Assembly: GCA_965202585.1 (NCBI GenBank)
Contig: OZ241829.1
Location: 68,696,001-68,760,000, forward strand
Length of the DNA stretch: 64,000 nt
Source of the DNA: Thalia democratica
Lineage: Eukaryota
Direction: 5' to 3'
Shown piece after piece: positions 39,373 to 52,374 of the stretch. The notes beneath the pieces are model-generated. The model ran no database searches. It worked only from the letters and a program-made list of their open reading frames with translations, and was not told the origin of the DNA. The position numbers and the translations under genes were made by a program. Position 1 is the first letter of the stretch, and every line of letters starts with the position of its first letter.

Positions 39373-42300
39373 CAGGGGTCGGCAAACTTGCGGCCCGCGG
39401 GCCAATTGCGGCCCGCGAAGGGTAAATCTGTTGCCCGCGAGCACGTTTATTTTTTGAATGGAATGCGGCCCGCGAAAGAAAATTGTGTGGCCCGCAAGCA
39501 TGTAAATGTGGCCCGCTGGGCAAAAACATATGATTAGTCAATTTTTTTTGCTAGTTAGATTTAATTTGATTACTTTCGTTTTAATTCTATATATAACATT
39601 AAAAAAAAGATAAAAGACTTCATTACTTTAGCTTAAAAATGTTGAAAATTTAGATTAGCATTCGTTTAGTACTTTTGTCACAGATTCATAATAACTTTCT
39701 TCTTATAACAGCAAGTTATTATATAAAACAGAATGTAAAGAAGGTTTAGATTTAGTAAGTTATATGTTATGTACTTAGTTTTTAAATAAACTAAAAGCAC
39801 TTTTTTTTCATTATGTACAAGAGTGATGCACAGTAATTAACTAAAGTTTCATTTCTTTACAAATTAAGTATTTGGCTTAACATGTAATTTATACCTATGT
39901 TTCTCTTATAAATGTTTTATAACTGTACGTTGTATTTAAGTGCACACGAATACATTGAAATTACATTATTATAAAAACTCAGGTTTTCTTTTTATTTTTG
40001 TTAAGACAAATTTTGGTTTTTTAAAAGTTTTTTGTGCACTTTAAATTATACCCTATGCACACAAATGTTTTCAGATGCTCATTTTTTGACAATTTTTTTT
40101 TAATGCTTATTTTGGATAAAACAATATTTAGTAAAATTTAAATAAGTTTAGAAATAGATTTTTATTATCATTTTTTTTATATATGACAAAAATTAAAATA
40201 GTTTTTGTTAGGTACATATTTTCATTTTAAACTATATTTTTTGGAATATTTTTATTTCATTTGCCATTTTTTCGCGTTCTTTTTTAAATTATAGTAATCC
40301 ATAAATTACAAAAAAACTATTTTATTCATGCTATCGCACGTATTAAACTTTGGTTGTAAATGTGCGCTACACTTTAACAAAATACTTTTTTATTGGAAGT
40401 TTTATAGGATCTGAATTTATTTTCTTATAATTAAGGGTCATACAATCGTGTGGAAAATTCTGCTGTAAGTTTTTAATTTCATCTAAAAAAATCTATTTTT
40501 TATTTGATGTTTTTGAAGGTTGTTTAATTTTGTATATTTTTTTGTTTCTTTTATCTAAAACCCTTAAAGTAATAATATTGTACCATATCTCATACAATAA
40601 CTTTCGTAATACCAAGTTAGGTTTTTAAGTTGTGATATAAGAAATACCAAAAATTCTAAAAATAGTGTTAAGTTTTTATCTTTAGAAGCAGTAATAGTTA
40701 TGTTTTTACTTTTTAGAAAAATCACAATTTTATTTCTTAACGCATAATTTCGTCATAACATCAAAAATAAAGCTTAACAAAAGAAAAATCCAAAAGTAAA
40801 CTAGGTCAACGTATTGACTTTTTGTTTTGTAACTACTTTTAGAAACTTTCGGTGGTAAAGTTTGTTTGATAAAATTGTGTTCACTCCTTAAATTGTAAAT
40901 TTTATAATTTTTTTTATGTTTGTTGTCTTCGCACATAATGCTATCTGGTTCATTACTAAATGAAGTAAATTAATAAATAACATAAGTCCAAGGTCTGGTT
41001 GTAAAGAAAATGATATTACCAACATATATTTAGCAGTAATTGCAGTAGCAACATTTTTTACAAAAACTTTAAATCTACACTCATTGAACTAGTTCATTGC
41101 ACCTTAGCTCTTAAAATGTCTTTATTTATTGTTGTGCTTTGCACTGTTAATAAACCTAAAAAATCTTCTAAATTTTCAAAGTCAGTAAAAAAATTCTTAG
41201 ATGAGCAATATCTGTTGTATCAGTGCTCTCATCATAAGAAAATGGTTAATGTCCTAATTTGAATTTTGCGGCTTTATAATCTTAGACATCTTTTAAACTT
41301 AAATACTTGTTGTCATTGAAGAAACAAACAAAAATCTTTTACTACCGCCAACACATTTTCTTTAAAAAATTCTTCAAAATTCTTTAATTTTTTATACTTC
41401 GTTTCTCGCAATAATGTTTAACAATTAATTTTTAATTCTTATTGCTCGTTTTAGATTTCATATTCACTCTTTATAAGAGCAATACTTTATTGCAGATAAA
41501 GCATTGCTATAATGATCTATAAAAAATTGTTTTTTTTTCATTAATGGCTTAGTATTTTTTTACTTTAATTAAAATTATCTAAGAAACTTAATTGTCCATT
41601 TAAGCAGACTCATAATATATATTTTTAAAGATATATTGATAAACTTTGTTATTGTTTTATTATTTTAACTTTATTCAAAACAGCGTTGCCAAACAAACAG
41701 GCTAATTTAAAAATTTGAAAAACTCAGACTAGGTTAAACCTGTTTATGACATTTTTAAAAACTCAGATGTGTGTAAATCTTTTATTTTAAACACTTTGAA
41801 TAAATCTTCGAATTCTAATAACAGTTTTTATGACTGTAGTATAGTTTAATGATTATAAAATTTTCTTCTACCCTATTTACACTATATATTTTTTCATAAT
41901 GATGATATTATTGTTAGGTATTTAAGTATGATTAACAGCAAGTTTTAAACTATTTCAATTTTTAAAAAGCTTAAAATGGTTTAATATAACTCAGTCATTT
42001 TAGCTTTTAAAGTTAAAGTATGGAAAAGATTAATTTATCATTAATTAATTATTTTTTTAAGTATTTGAGTACTAATTATGTTAGAAAAAATTTCTTAGTA
42101 TTTTAACGATGTAAATAAATATAAACTTAGTATAGTTAACTAATTAATGAATTTTTAAAGAGTAAAAACTAGTTAAAGAGCAAATAATATTTTCAAAAGT
42201 TATTATTTTTTTAAATTTGGAAAAGCAGTTTATTATATAAAAATTGTATAAAAGTGCCCTAAAAATGGTTTTCAAGCTTGATTTTCATAGAAAACTAGAA

Positions 42301-42608
42301 TGTAAGAAAAATAAAAAAGTTTATATATTATACTTATCTAGTGTTAAAAATAGTACGTAGTTTATTAAGACTTTAGTATATTAATCAATGTAAATTATAT
42401 TTCGATAAATATGTATAATTTAAGTAAGTGTTTTATGTAGCTAAAAGTCACTTAAAATAATAAAGTCAATTAAGTAAAACTTTCTTTAGTGCGACTAAAA
42501 CTAAAACCAAAATATTATTTAAAAGTCACTAAAACTAAAACTGCAACCTAGGAAGATTTTGGAAACTTAAAATTTGGTCCGCAAGCACCAACTGCCTGCC
42601 GACCCCTA
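39373..42608 (-). mobile_element. hAT (Buster/Charlie/SPIN-like) DNA transposon, 3236 bp, decayed transposase
   Basis: TIRs CAGGGGTCGGCA (39373) and TGCCGACCCCTA (ends 42608). Perfect 8-bp TSD AACTACAA (39365-39372 and 42609-42616). GCGGCCCGC subterminal repeats. Minus-strand translation near 41100-41250: TISYDESTDTTDIAHLRIFF...EDFLGLLTVQSTT, matching the first catalytic Asp motif DESTD. A nested MITE end CAGCGTTGCCA lies at about 41681. Confidence 0.9.
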
Positions 42609-44536
42609 AACTACAACTAAATAAGATATTCTGAAAAACTAAGCCTGACTATACTTGTTTGTTTTTTTTGTTAAACACAGGTTAGATTTAATAATTTTCT
42701 TTACTACCCTAAAATGTTTATTTAAACTATTTTTCAACTTAGTATGTAACAAGTCCTCTTATATTGTATTGAACAGCAATGTATTTCAAAAATAGTGGCT
42801 TATACTTGTGTTAATTTTTTTTTTTATGTTTTGTAAATATATTGATTTTACAACTAATCTTTTCCCTACATAGACTAAAGTTGTAAAACTATTTTGCTAT
42901 TCTAAATTTAAATTTAATTAGTTTCAAGCTTGTTATTCTTTGAAATGCAATAATTATATTACCTTACATTTAGGATACGGAATGAGAAGTACCAAGTGAG
43001 TGCAGTATCGAGTAAACAGACAGGTAGTGGGACAATAAAAGATGACCAGTAAATGCAGCTTTCAATGAACAAAAATTTTATAATTGACTTTATTCTGTAT
43101 TTCACTTTTTTATTCAAACTAATTCATTATCAAGAAAAGAAAGTAAATACAAATTTAATGCGTATTAGTTTATTTATTATGTATTATTACTAAGATGAGT
43201 TAGTATCAGTTTAACTGTTAAAATACTTTTGCTAAATTGATAATTAAGCTAGCAGTGTGTAACTTATTTGTTCAGTGGATTAGATTTGGAAAATAAAATA
43301 TTTTTTCACTGGTTAATACATTTAAAATTTTTTTTTAATTTACTGTGCACAAACATACTTAATTTACTTTTCCCGAAATGCTTATTCTCTATAATTATTT
43401 TCAACTATTAATCTTTTAGTTTTCCATAAGTAAGACCCAAGAACTTTTTTGTATACATTTTTATTTCCGGAGTTTCTAATGTAAGTTTTACCTCTCACTG
43501 TAAATATATTTAGATTGGTAATTTACTTTTCGTAGTCCACTCGAGTAAGATTTAAACAATAAAAATATTATTGTGAAAATAAGGTTAATAAAACAGCTTT
43601 TACTGGAAACATAAGGAATTGCAATACTTTTTGTAAGTTTTGCATGAATATTAAGCTAGTTCTAACAACAAAGTGCAGAAATTGCTGAACTTTCCTTTAC
43701 AGAACATTATAGTCATTTGTGTGTTTCTACCGCTAGCAGCGCAGTTTAGAAACACACAGAAATTGTTTTATGCAATTTAGTGTGCATGGATCTTTATAAG
43801 CTAGACGACCACTGAATTAGAGTATATTATACTAAAAATGATTGGAACTAGTTATTATAAAAAAGATAACTTAATTTTGTCTGTTTAGGTTTTGTTTTTA
43901 AGTTTAAAATATAAGCTGTTTACAACTGAAGTTTAGTATTAGAGATTAAAAAATTAAAACATCTAAATACAACATAAAAAACATTTTTTGTAGTGAAACA
44001 CTCAATCACTTCAATTCTTATTAAAAGCAGTAAAATAAAAAATTTGATAACTGCGTAAAGTATGTTTTAGGATGATTATATTTCAATATTTTAAGACTAA
44101 CGATTGTAAAAAAAATTTTAAGTATTTTCATAGACTTAAGACGTATAAAATAAGTTTAATAAACTAAAGTTTAAAGATTTTTTTTAATAAGTTTATTTAA
44201 AATATCTTCTTTAATTCTAAAAGTTTTACCTTAATATTCTTATCTTCAATTTTAAATTTTCAAATCCGCTTAATTATCAATTTTAACTATAAATGCAATT
44301 AATCTCAATTTTGTTTAAAGAATTAGGACTAAAACTAGTTTTCAGAAATAATCAAATATCTTAAACTTGTAATGAAAATATTAAAAGTTTTTTTTATAGA
44401 GTTTAAAAACCATGGCTGTGTTTACAACAATCTTATTAAAATCATGTTTTTGTTTACTTGGTTTCTTTTATTTCCTAAAATTCTTTATAAACAATGAACT
44501 TCACCGCACGATCATCAACAACAGCATCCGAGACAA

Positions 44537-44579
44537 TCCTACGACCGGTTTCGTCCTAAATAAGACTCATCAGGCAGGA
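44537..44579 (-). ncRNA. Type I hammerhead ribozyme (canonical core, GUC cleavage site)
   Basis: Minus strand: UCCUGC-CUGAUGA-GUCUU(AUUU)AGGAC-GAAA-CCGG-UC/GUAGGA. Stem I is 6 bp with one G.U, stem II is 5 bp, and stem III is the palindrome ACCGGU. Predicted cleavage between 44543 and 44542. Confidence 0.88.
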
Positions 44580-45280
44580 ACAGTCGCGAGAAACCGCTGT
44601 TGTGATCTAGCCAAGCGGGCTTAAGTATGAAGCAGTGAAGCGACCGTTTGTGGGTAAAGTCCGAAAAAATTTGTTGATGATGGCCGAAATAAATACTGGC
44701 TAAAACTGATAAAACGAGCGTGGAGAGTAAAATCTCACATTAAGCTGACTATGTCTAAGACGTTGGGCTGTGAAGATTTGCCTGCATCAATTTTTCCTAA
44801 AAACATCTCAACTTTGTTGATGATGGCCGAAATAAATACTGGTTAAAATCTTTTAAAGTGTTTCATTTTGAAAAATATATTCAAATTATTTAAAACCTTG
44901 CATGATAAATTTAATAAGATGTTAAACTAACATATCTCTTTAATTTAAATTATTTAAATGGTTGTATCATAGTTTTAGATAAAACTTTACAAACATAACT
45001 TTTAAATATTATTTATAATGAAATCTCAGTAGCTTAAATTTCAAATCATATCATCAGTTATTAAGGACTTTAAATTTGGGAAGTGTTATAAACTAACAAA
45101 TGCTTAAATAATTAAAAACGCAATTTCCAAAAAGCATGAGAAATCAGATTTTCCTTTAAAAAAAAGATTTGTATAGAATGACAAAATTTGTATTAAAGTA
45201 GTCACATCTAAATAAAAATAAAGGCTAGGTTAACTTTTATAACATACAAAACTTAGTAAAAACTGTCTGATATATACTTG

Positions 45281-45805
45281 TAGGGAACAGGTCGAAATTG
45301 TACAAAAGAAATTTTGCACCAAGGGTCAATTTTGAACAAGAGTAAAAAACAGAACAAAAATGTAGAAAAAAAAAATAAAGAAAATTTAATAAAACAAAAG
45401 AACAAAAAGTTACTGATTCAGGGTAAGGGTTAGGGGTAACAGTGATAGTAGAAAAAAGTTAGTTAAATAAAAATAAATTAACGATCGAGGGTAAGGGTTA
45501 GAGGAAACAGTGATTTTAAAAAATACATATTAAAAAATAAAATAAATAAAAAAGAAAATGAAAAGTAAAAATAGATTGATAAAAAAAGATACCCACCTAG
45601 GGTAAGGGTTAGGTGTAACATTGGTAGTAAAATCAAAAAATGAACTAAAAAACAAAAATTATTAAAGAAGTTTTAGTAAATGAATAAAATAAAATTTAAA
45701 CCCGTGAAAAAAAGTCTCTTTGCAAAATTGTCTGCAAGTGCAAAAGTGACCCTGTTAACAGAAGTGTCTTCGTGCAATTTTGTCTCATCGTACAAGTTTT
45801 AGGCC
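45281..45805. mobile_element. MITE-like element with imperfect long TIRs and three internal GGGTAAGGGTTAGG motifs; related end fragment at about 52070-52165
   Basis: Left end AAATTGTACAAAAGAAATTTTGCACCAAGGGTCAATTTTG; right end TGCAAAATTG...GTGCAAAAGTGACCC...CGTGCAATTTTG. Telomere-like motifs at 45421, 45489 and 45599. Confidence 0.55.
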
Positions 45806-46324
45806 ATTATTTTGTAAGTTTCTTTCAAATGAGTGTTTATAAAATTGAGTTTAGGAAACCTTAGAATAGTGTAACAAAATATTAGTCCAAACATTAAAAA
45901 AGAATGAATCAATACGGTTTAGTAAAATTCCCAGTATTACGTTTACTACCTTACTCATCAATTTTGCTATTTATATTTTAGTTAGAAAATGCTTTAATGA
46001 TACTTAAATGTTTCTTTTATACTTTAATTCATTTTGTTTTGTTTAAATTACATTAAAAAATAAATTTTAGCAGCTTACTGTGAGTTTACTTTAGTGGCAA
46101 TGATCACTAAACAAATAAATGAAGTATTTTGTTAGATTAAATTAACAATTGCTTAGGGTTTAAGTTTCTGATATTTTCTAACACTTTATGGTTTTAAAAA
46201 TTAAGAGTTAATCTCAGTTAGTAAGTTTTTACCAATTTAAGATATCAATAGTCTCATTGTTTTCAAACAAATATAAAAATTTAAAAAATATATTTATATG
46301 TATATTTATTTTTATTTATATTTA

Positions 46325-47350
46325 GGTATTCCTGCAATTCTTCTGCTAGGTCTTTGAGAAAAGTACTTGTGCAAAGATCATCGTGTCTACCAAACTGTTT
46401 TAGTTTGGTAGACAATTGTTTGACTGTAGAACTTTACGAGGAATACTAAGTCTTGCACGGTTTTTACTGTAGTGGTAAAAAGATATTTATACATAATTAG
46501 TATTTGAGTACTATACAAAACTATATTCATGTGTATAAAAATTATTAATATAAGCGGCATTCCAGAAATTTAAAGATATATACTAATAAACTGAAAAAAA
46601 AGTTAGAAATTTTAAAATTTGAAATTATTTAATTTTATTTAAACTAAAGCATAAACTGAAAATTAAAAATTATGAATTTAAAGTTAAAAGTTGTTTTTTA
46701 TTGTGAAGTTTGAACGTCTTTACTTTAGTTTTCAGTGTGAATATTTGTCCCTGGTACTAAACAAATATGGAACAAAAGACCCAAAATGTTCAAAGGACCA
46801 TTTTTACTATAGAAATCCTAACTTATCATAGTAACCATTCATTTTAATATTAGAAGTTTTTTGTAAATTTTATCAATTAATTAATTTAATTTGAGGTAAA
46901 ACTTAAAACATGTTTTGTGTAAGTGTTTTATATCATGGATTTAAAGGTAAAGAAATAATATAAAAGTAATCTGAATAGTTTAAGTTTTATTTAATCTTAA
47001 TAAGTTATGTGCATTCAAATCAAAAAAGTCTAGTTTTTAAATAAGTAATTATAGTATTTTTACTAATATTTACCGAAAATCTAAAAAATTCTTAGCATAA
47101 AATTGTTTGATTAAATTTATTTATGATGACCTATTCTATTATCAAAATTAGCTATGCTAGACTATAAATATTAGTTAAAAAATTGTCCTATACAATTATA
47201 TAAAAAAAAATCAGCTTACATAAACTTAAATGAATATTAAGAATTACTAAAAACTTGATTAAATTTTTTTAAATTATTAGATTGCTTAATGATAAATGCA
47301 GGAAAATTATAGTATTTAATGTTATACTGTGTCAGCAGATTTCCACATAC
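46325..47350 (-). mobile_element. Dispersed repeat copy 3 (partial) of the 970-3615 / 60460-63160 family
   Basis: Shares ATCATCGTGT, GTCTTGCACG, AAGCGGCATT and ATATTTGTCCCTGGTACTAAACAAATATG blocks in the same order and orientation. Confidence 0.65.
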
Positions 47351-47414
47351 ATATAAAATAATGTATATGTTGCATAGTGTAACTCAGGCTTGTTATTTAT
47401 TTGTTTTGTTTTCA

Positions 47415-50400
47415 GGATGATTCAATCAAGTATGGTGTTATTTAGAAAAAAAGGATAATTTTAGGTATTCTTAAAAACCTTAGTCCATTTTTTGATCTCT
47501 GAATCATAAATGAGATACTGTTGTTCAAGTACAATAATAAAATATCTGATATTCAAATTTGTTTATAAACTAAATTTTTAATGTTATTAAAAAGTTTTTA
47601 GATTTATAAATTTCTTAAGAAATATGTAAAGGATTAAAAAAAATAAGGATGACTATGTATTATTAAATATTGTTTTAGGTCACTCAGGACTGGTTTAAGT
47701 GAGTTTGCCAATCACAAAAGATATCAGAGGATAAATTTTATCTGTGAGGATTGGTTTTTGGACATAATTAATGACAATCCTCTTATTTTTAAAACTGAAT
47801 AAGGGCAGAAGACTCATAGAAATAATCATGTATATTTTTTAAATAAGTTTTATTAATAAAGTTTAAGTTTACCTAAATCTAAAATCGTTATTGTTATTTT
47901 TGTTTACCTAATATCATTCCTAGAGTCTGCCATTGCATAAAAAAAGTTAAATTAGATTCACCTAATAGATAGTTTAACCAAATACTACACTTATGTTAAA
48001 AGAGTTGCTACTTCAAGTTTTTTTATTTCGTGGCAGACTCTAGGAATGACTCAAGGTAAACAAAAATAACAATAACGATTTCAGATTTAGGTAAACTTAA
48101 ACTTTATTAATAAAACTTATTTAAAAGATATACATGATTATTTTTAAGAGTCTTTAGCCCTTATTCAGTTTTAAAATTAACAGGATTGCTATTAGTTATG
48201 TCCAAAAAACTAGACTTACAAACAAAATTTATCCTCTGATATTTTTTGTATTTGGCAAATTAAGTTAAATCAGTCCTGAGTGACCTAAAACAATATTTAA
48301 TAATACTTGGTCATCCTTAAGTTTTTTAATCCTTTACATATTTCTTAAAAAGTTTATAAATCTAAAGACTTTTTAATAAGAACAAAAATTTAGTTTTTGA
48401 ACTAATTTGGATATAAGATATTTTATTATTGTACATTGAATAAAAGTATCTCATTTATGATTTATAAATCAAAAGATAGATTAAGGTTTTTAAGAATACC
48501 TTAAATTACCCTTTTTTTTCTAAATCACACCAAACTGGCTTTAATTATCCTAATTGTAAAAAGAACTTGCCAGATTTACACTGAGACTTTAAAAATTTTC
48601 AAAATTTCCTGAGTATCTAACTTTTAATCAACCCTATTTCAGAATTGTTGCTTAAAGCTATACCAATTAAAATTGATTAAATTGAAATGAGGTAAAACCT
48701 TTTAGCCTGTAGTTATTTCAATAATCACTATTAACAAAATCATCTAAAACCCACGAGCATTTAATTTAACACAGGGTTGCCATTGACTGTAGGCAAAATT
48801 TCTCCAGGTTTTCAAATTTCTTCAAGGGTTTTTTAAGTTCTTGTTTTTAGGTCTACTTTTAGTTTAAACTTGAGTTTGAGATAAAAAACTGTGATAAATA
48901 ATATTAAATTATTAAACCAAAAAGTAGACCCTTGAAGAATTTTGAAAACCTGGAGAATTTTTGGCTACAGTCAATGGCAACCTTGTGTTAAATTAAATGC
49001 TAGTAGTTTTTAGATGATTTTTTTTATAGTGATTGTTGAAATAACCACAGGATTAAAAAGTTTTATCTCATTTCAATTTAATAAATTTTAATTGGTATAG
49101 CTTGAAGCAACAATTCTGAAATAGGGTTGATTAAAAGTTAGATTCTAAGGATAATTCAAAAATTTTAAAGTCTCAGTACAAATCAGGCTAGTTTTTTTAC
49201 AATCAGGATGATTAAAACCAGTTTGGTGTTATTTAGTAAACAAAGGATAATTTTAGGTATTCTTAAAAACCTTAGTGCAACTCTAATTCTCTAAATCATA
49301 AATGAGATACTGTTGATCAATGTAAAATAATAAGATATTTTACAGCCAATATTGTTCAAAAAATTAATTTTTATTGTTTTTAGAAAGTCTTTAGATTTAT
49401 AGAATTTTTTTAAGAAATATGTAAAGATTAAATAAAATCAGGATGACTAAGTATTATTAAATATTGTTTTAGGTCACTCAGGACTGATTTAAGTAAGTTT
49501 GCCAAACACAAAAGATATCAGAGGATAAATTTTATCTGTAAGTCTAGTTTTTTAGACATAATTAATGACAATCCTGTTAATTTTAAAACTGAATAAGGGC
49601 TAACGACTCTTAAAAATAACCATGTATATCTTTTAAATAAGTTTTATTAGTAAAGTTTTAGTTTACCTAAATCTAAAGTCGCTATTTTTATTTCTGTTTA
49701 CTTTGAGTCATTCCTACAGTCTGCCATTGAATAAAAAACTAAAATTAGATCCACTAAATAGATAATTTAACCAAAAACTAAACTTATGTTAAAATAGTTT
49801 CTATTTTACTGGAATCCTAGAAAAACCTGTTTTTTGGCAAATCATGAAAAAATAGGATAAAACCTGGAACTTAAAAAATTTTGAAAAGACCTGGAAAAAC
49901 CTGGAATTTTGAAAAAAAGTCTTTCAAAAACCTTGAATTTTAAAAATTTATCAAACGTAGAATTATTTTTATTTGACACAAATTAATTACCATATAGATG
50001 AAAATTTTGTGTCCTCATTTAAATTGTTTAAATCATAAAACATATTTGAACTGCGTTTCCACTATCCTTTTAATAGTCTTATACTATTTATCACAGTTTT
50101 TTACCTTAAGCTCAAGTTTAAAGTAAAACTAGACCCAAAAACAAGTATTTTAAAAAACCTGGAGAAAAATTACCTAAAGTCAATAGCAACTCTGTGTTAA
50201 ATTAAATGCTCGTGGTTTTTGGATGATTTTTTTAATAGTGATTATTGAAAAAACCGCAGGATAAAAAAGTTTAATCTTAATTTAGTTTAATCAATTTTAA
50301 TTTGATAGCTTAAAGCAACAATTCTGAAATAGGGTTGATTAAAAGTTAGATACCCAGGATAGTTTAAAATTTTTAAGTCTCAGTACAAATCAGGCTAATT

Positions 50401-51600
50401 TTTTTTACAATCAGAATAATTGAAGCCATTTTGGACATAATTAATGGCAATCCTGTTAACTTTAAAACTGATTAAGGATTAAAGACCCTTAGACATAATC
50501 AAATGTACTATCTTTAAAAAAAGTTTTTCTTAATTATGTTTAAGTTTATCTAAAGCTTAGGTTGTGATTTTTTTACTATTTAACAATTTTCTACTATTTA
50601 ACAATTTTTTTATCCTTAAACTCAAGTTAAAACACAAGTTTAAGATCCAAAAACAAGTAGTTTAAAAAACCTGGAGAAATTTTGCCTAAAGTCAATGGCA
50701 ACCATGTTTTAAATTAAATGCTCGTGGTTTTTTGATAATTTCTTTAATAGTGGATATTGAAACAACTTTAGGATAAAAAAGTTTAATAAACTTTAATTGG
50801 TATAGCTTGAAGCAACAACTCTGAAATAGGGTTGATAAAAAGTTTGATACTCAGGAAAATCAGAAATTTTTTTAAGTCTCAGTGTAAATCAGGCAAGTTT
50901 TTTTTACAATCAGGATGATTAAAGCCAGTTTGTTGTTATATAGAAATAAAAGGGCAGTTTTAGGTATTCTTAAAAACTTAAGTCTTTTATAATTCTTTAA
51001 ATATTTAATGAGATATTGTTGTTCAATAAACAGTAAAAAGATATCTTATAGCCAATTTTGTTCAAAAACTTAGTTTTAATTTTTATCAAAAAGTCTTTAT
51101 ATTTATAATGTTTCTTTTTAAATATGTAAAGGATAAAAAACTAAAGGATGACTAAGAATTGTTAGATATTGTTTAAAGTCACTCAGGACAGAATTAAGTA
51201 AGTTTGCCAAACACAAAAAACATCTCAGGACAAATTTGGTCTGTAAGGCTAGATTTTTGACATAATTAATGGAAATCCCGTTGGTTTTAGAACTGATAAG
51301 GATTAAAGACTCATAGAAATACTCATGTATACTATCTTTAAAATAAGTTTTGCTCAATGATGTTTAACCTTTACCTAAAGCTTGGGTTTTTTTTTGCCTG
51401 GAGTCATTCCTAGAGTCTATCATTGAATAAAAACTAAGATTAGCTTCATAAAATAAATTGTTTAATTAAAAAAAAACAGTTTATTTGACAATTTAGGCAT
51501 AAAATAACTGTAAAAATGTAGAAGCTCCAAAAATTTTAAGAAGACCTAGAAAAACCTGGAATTTTGAATAAAACTCACTGAAAAACTTAGCATTTTTAGT
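47415..51600. repeat. Fold-back / mixed-orientation array of a unit of about 0.8-0.9 kb (flank plus MITE end); orientation > < > > >
   Basis: 47415-47935 pairs inverted with 48031-48555. 48031-48860 pairs inverted with 48920-49730. Further direct copies lie at about 50120-50560 (internally deleted) and 50620-51430. MITE TIRs at 48772 (CAGGGTTGCCA), 48975, 50184 and 50695; ACCTGGAA-rich MITE bodies at about 49810-50195 and 51510-51600. Confidence 0.9.
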
Positions 51601-52374
51601 GATTTTACATATATTTTTACTGTGGAATATAAGTTTAATTTGACATAGTAATTTGTAATTCATTTTAAAAATGTTTAGAATTTTCCTAGAATTCAGACTT
51701 CTTTGCAGTTTTAGGGAAAACTCAGATTGTTATCTTTTTTTTAAACTAAATTTATTAACGTAAAATAAATTTAAGAAATAATTGTTTAACATTTCTTATA
51801 TACATTTTGTTATATATTTAATATTTAACATTTTTTTTTTAAAACTAAATATTATTTTTAATTTTGGCTGACTCAGGCTAATTTTAGTTTAATGCTGACT
51901 ATATAATAAATTTTTAATAAATTTTTGAATTCAAATGTTAATTTTTAAATTTACTCCTTTTTCGCTTTAAAAAACAAACTTAGGTTGCTTGTAAAAACTA
52001 CTTTTATAAGCTTTAAAAAAATTTTTACTGATTTTTTTTTCAAAGAAAGTAACACTTTTTTGAATTTTTTAATCCTGTTCAAAAGTGGAACTCGTGCAAA
52101 ATTGACCCTTAGTGCAAAATTGGTTTCGCGCAATTTTGTTCTCGTGCAATTTAAACTCGTTTCCTTAACACTTACCTGTAATCAGATAATTGTTGTTTTA
52201 GTTTCAAAAGAGTTTTTCTAATGCTTAAACTGTTGTCGTTTAAGTGTCTTGTAACAAGTTTGTTTAACAGTATTACTATACTAAATTGCTTTCATTAGTG
52301 ATAAAAGAATAAAGTGAAAAAAGAATAATAAATAATACTTTAAATCTTTACAGATATTTTCGTGCTAATAAGAT

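Noticed and set aside
42960-43050. Possible micro-exon (AG-GATACGGAATGAGAAGTACCAA-GTGAGT) or hydrophobic minus-strand exon
   Set aside because: No compatible neighbouring exons or recognisable product.
44670-44845. Plus-strand TTGATGATGGCCGAAA motif (twice) resembling a hammerhead core
   Set aside because: C3 is replaced by U and no stem I or stem III pairing can be drawn; recorded only as a direct repeat.
7470-51357. Assorted short AT-rich ORFs (7470, 24102, 25707, 31121, 31405, 37184, 39212, 40730, 44412, 51118, and also 51951/51985)
   Set aside because: F/L/K/I-biased composition typical of chance ORFs in AT-rich or repeat DNA, mostly with non-ATG starts and no motifs; 39212 is simply the GC-rich hAT terminus.
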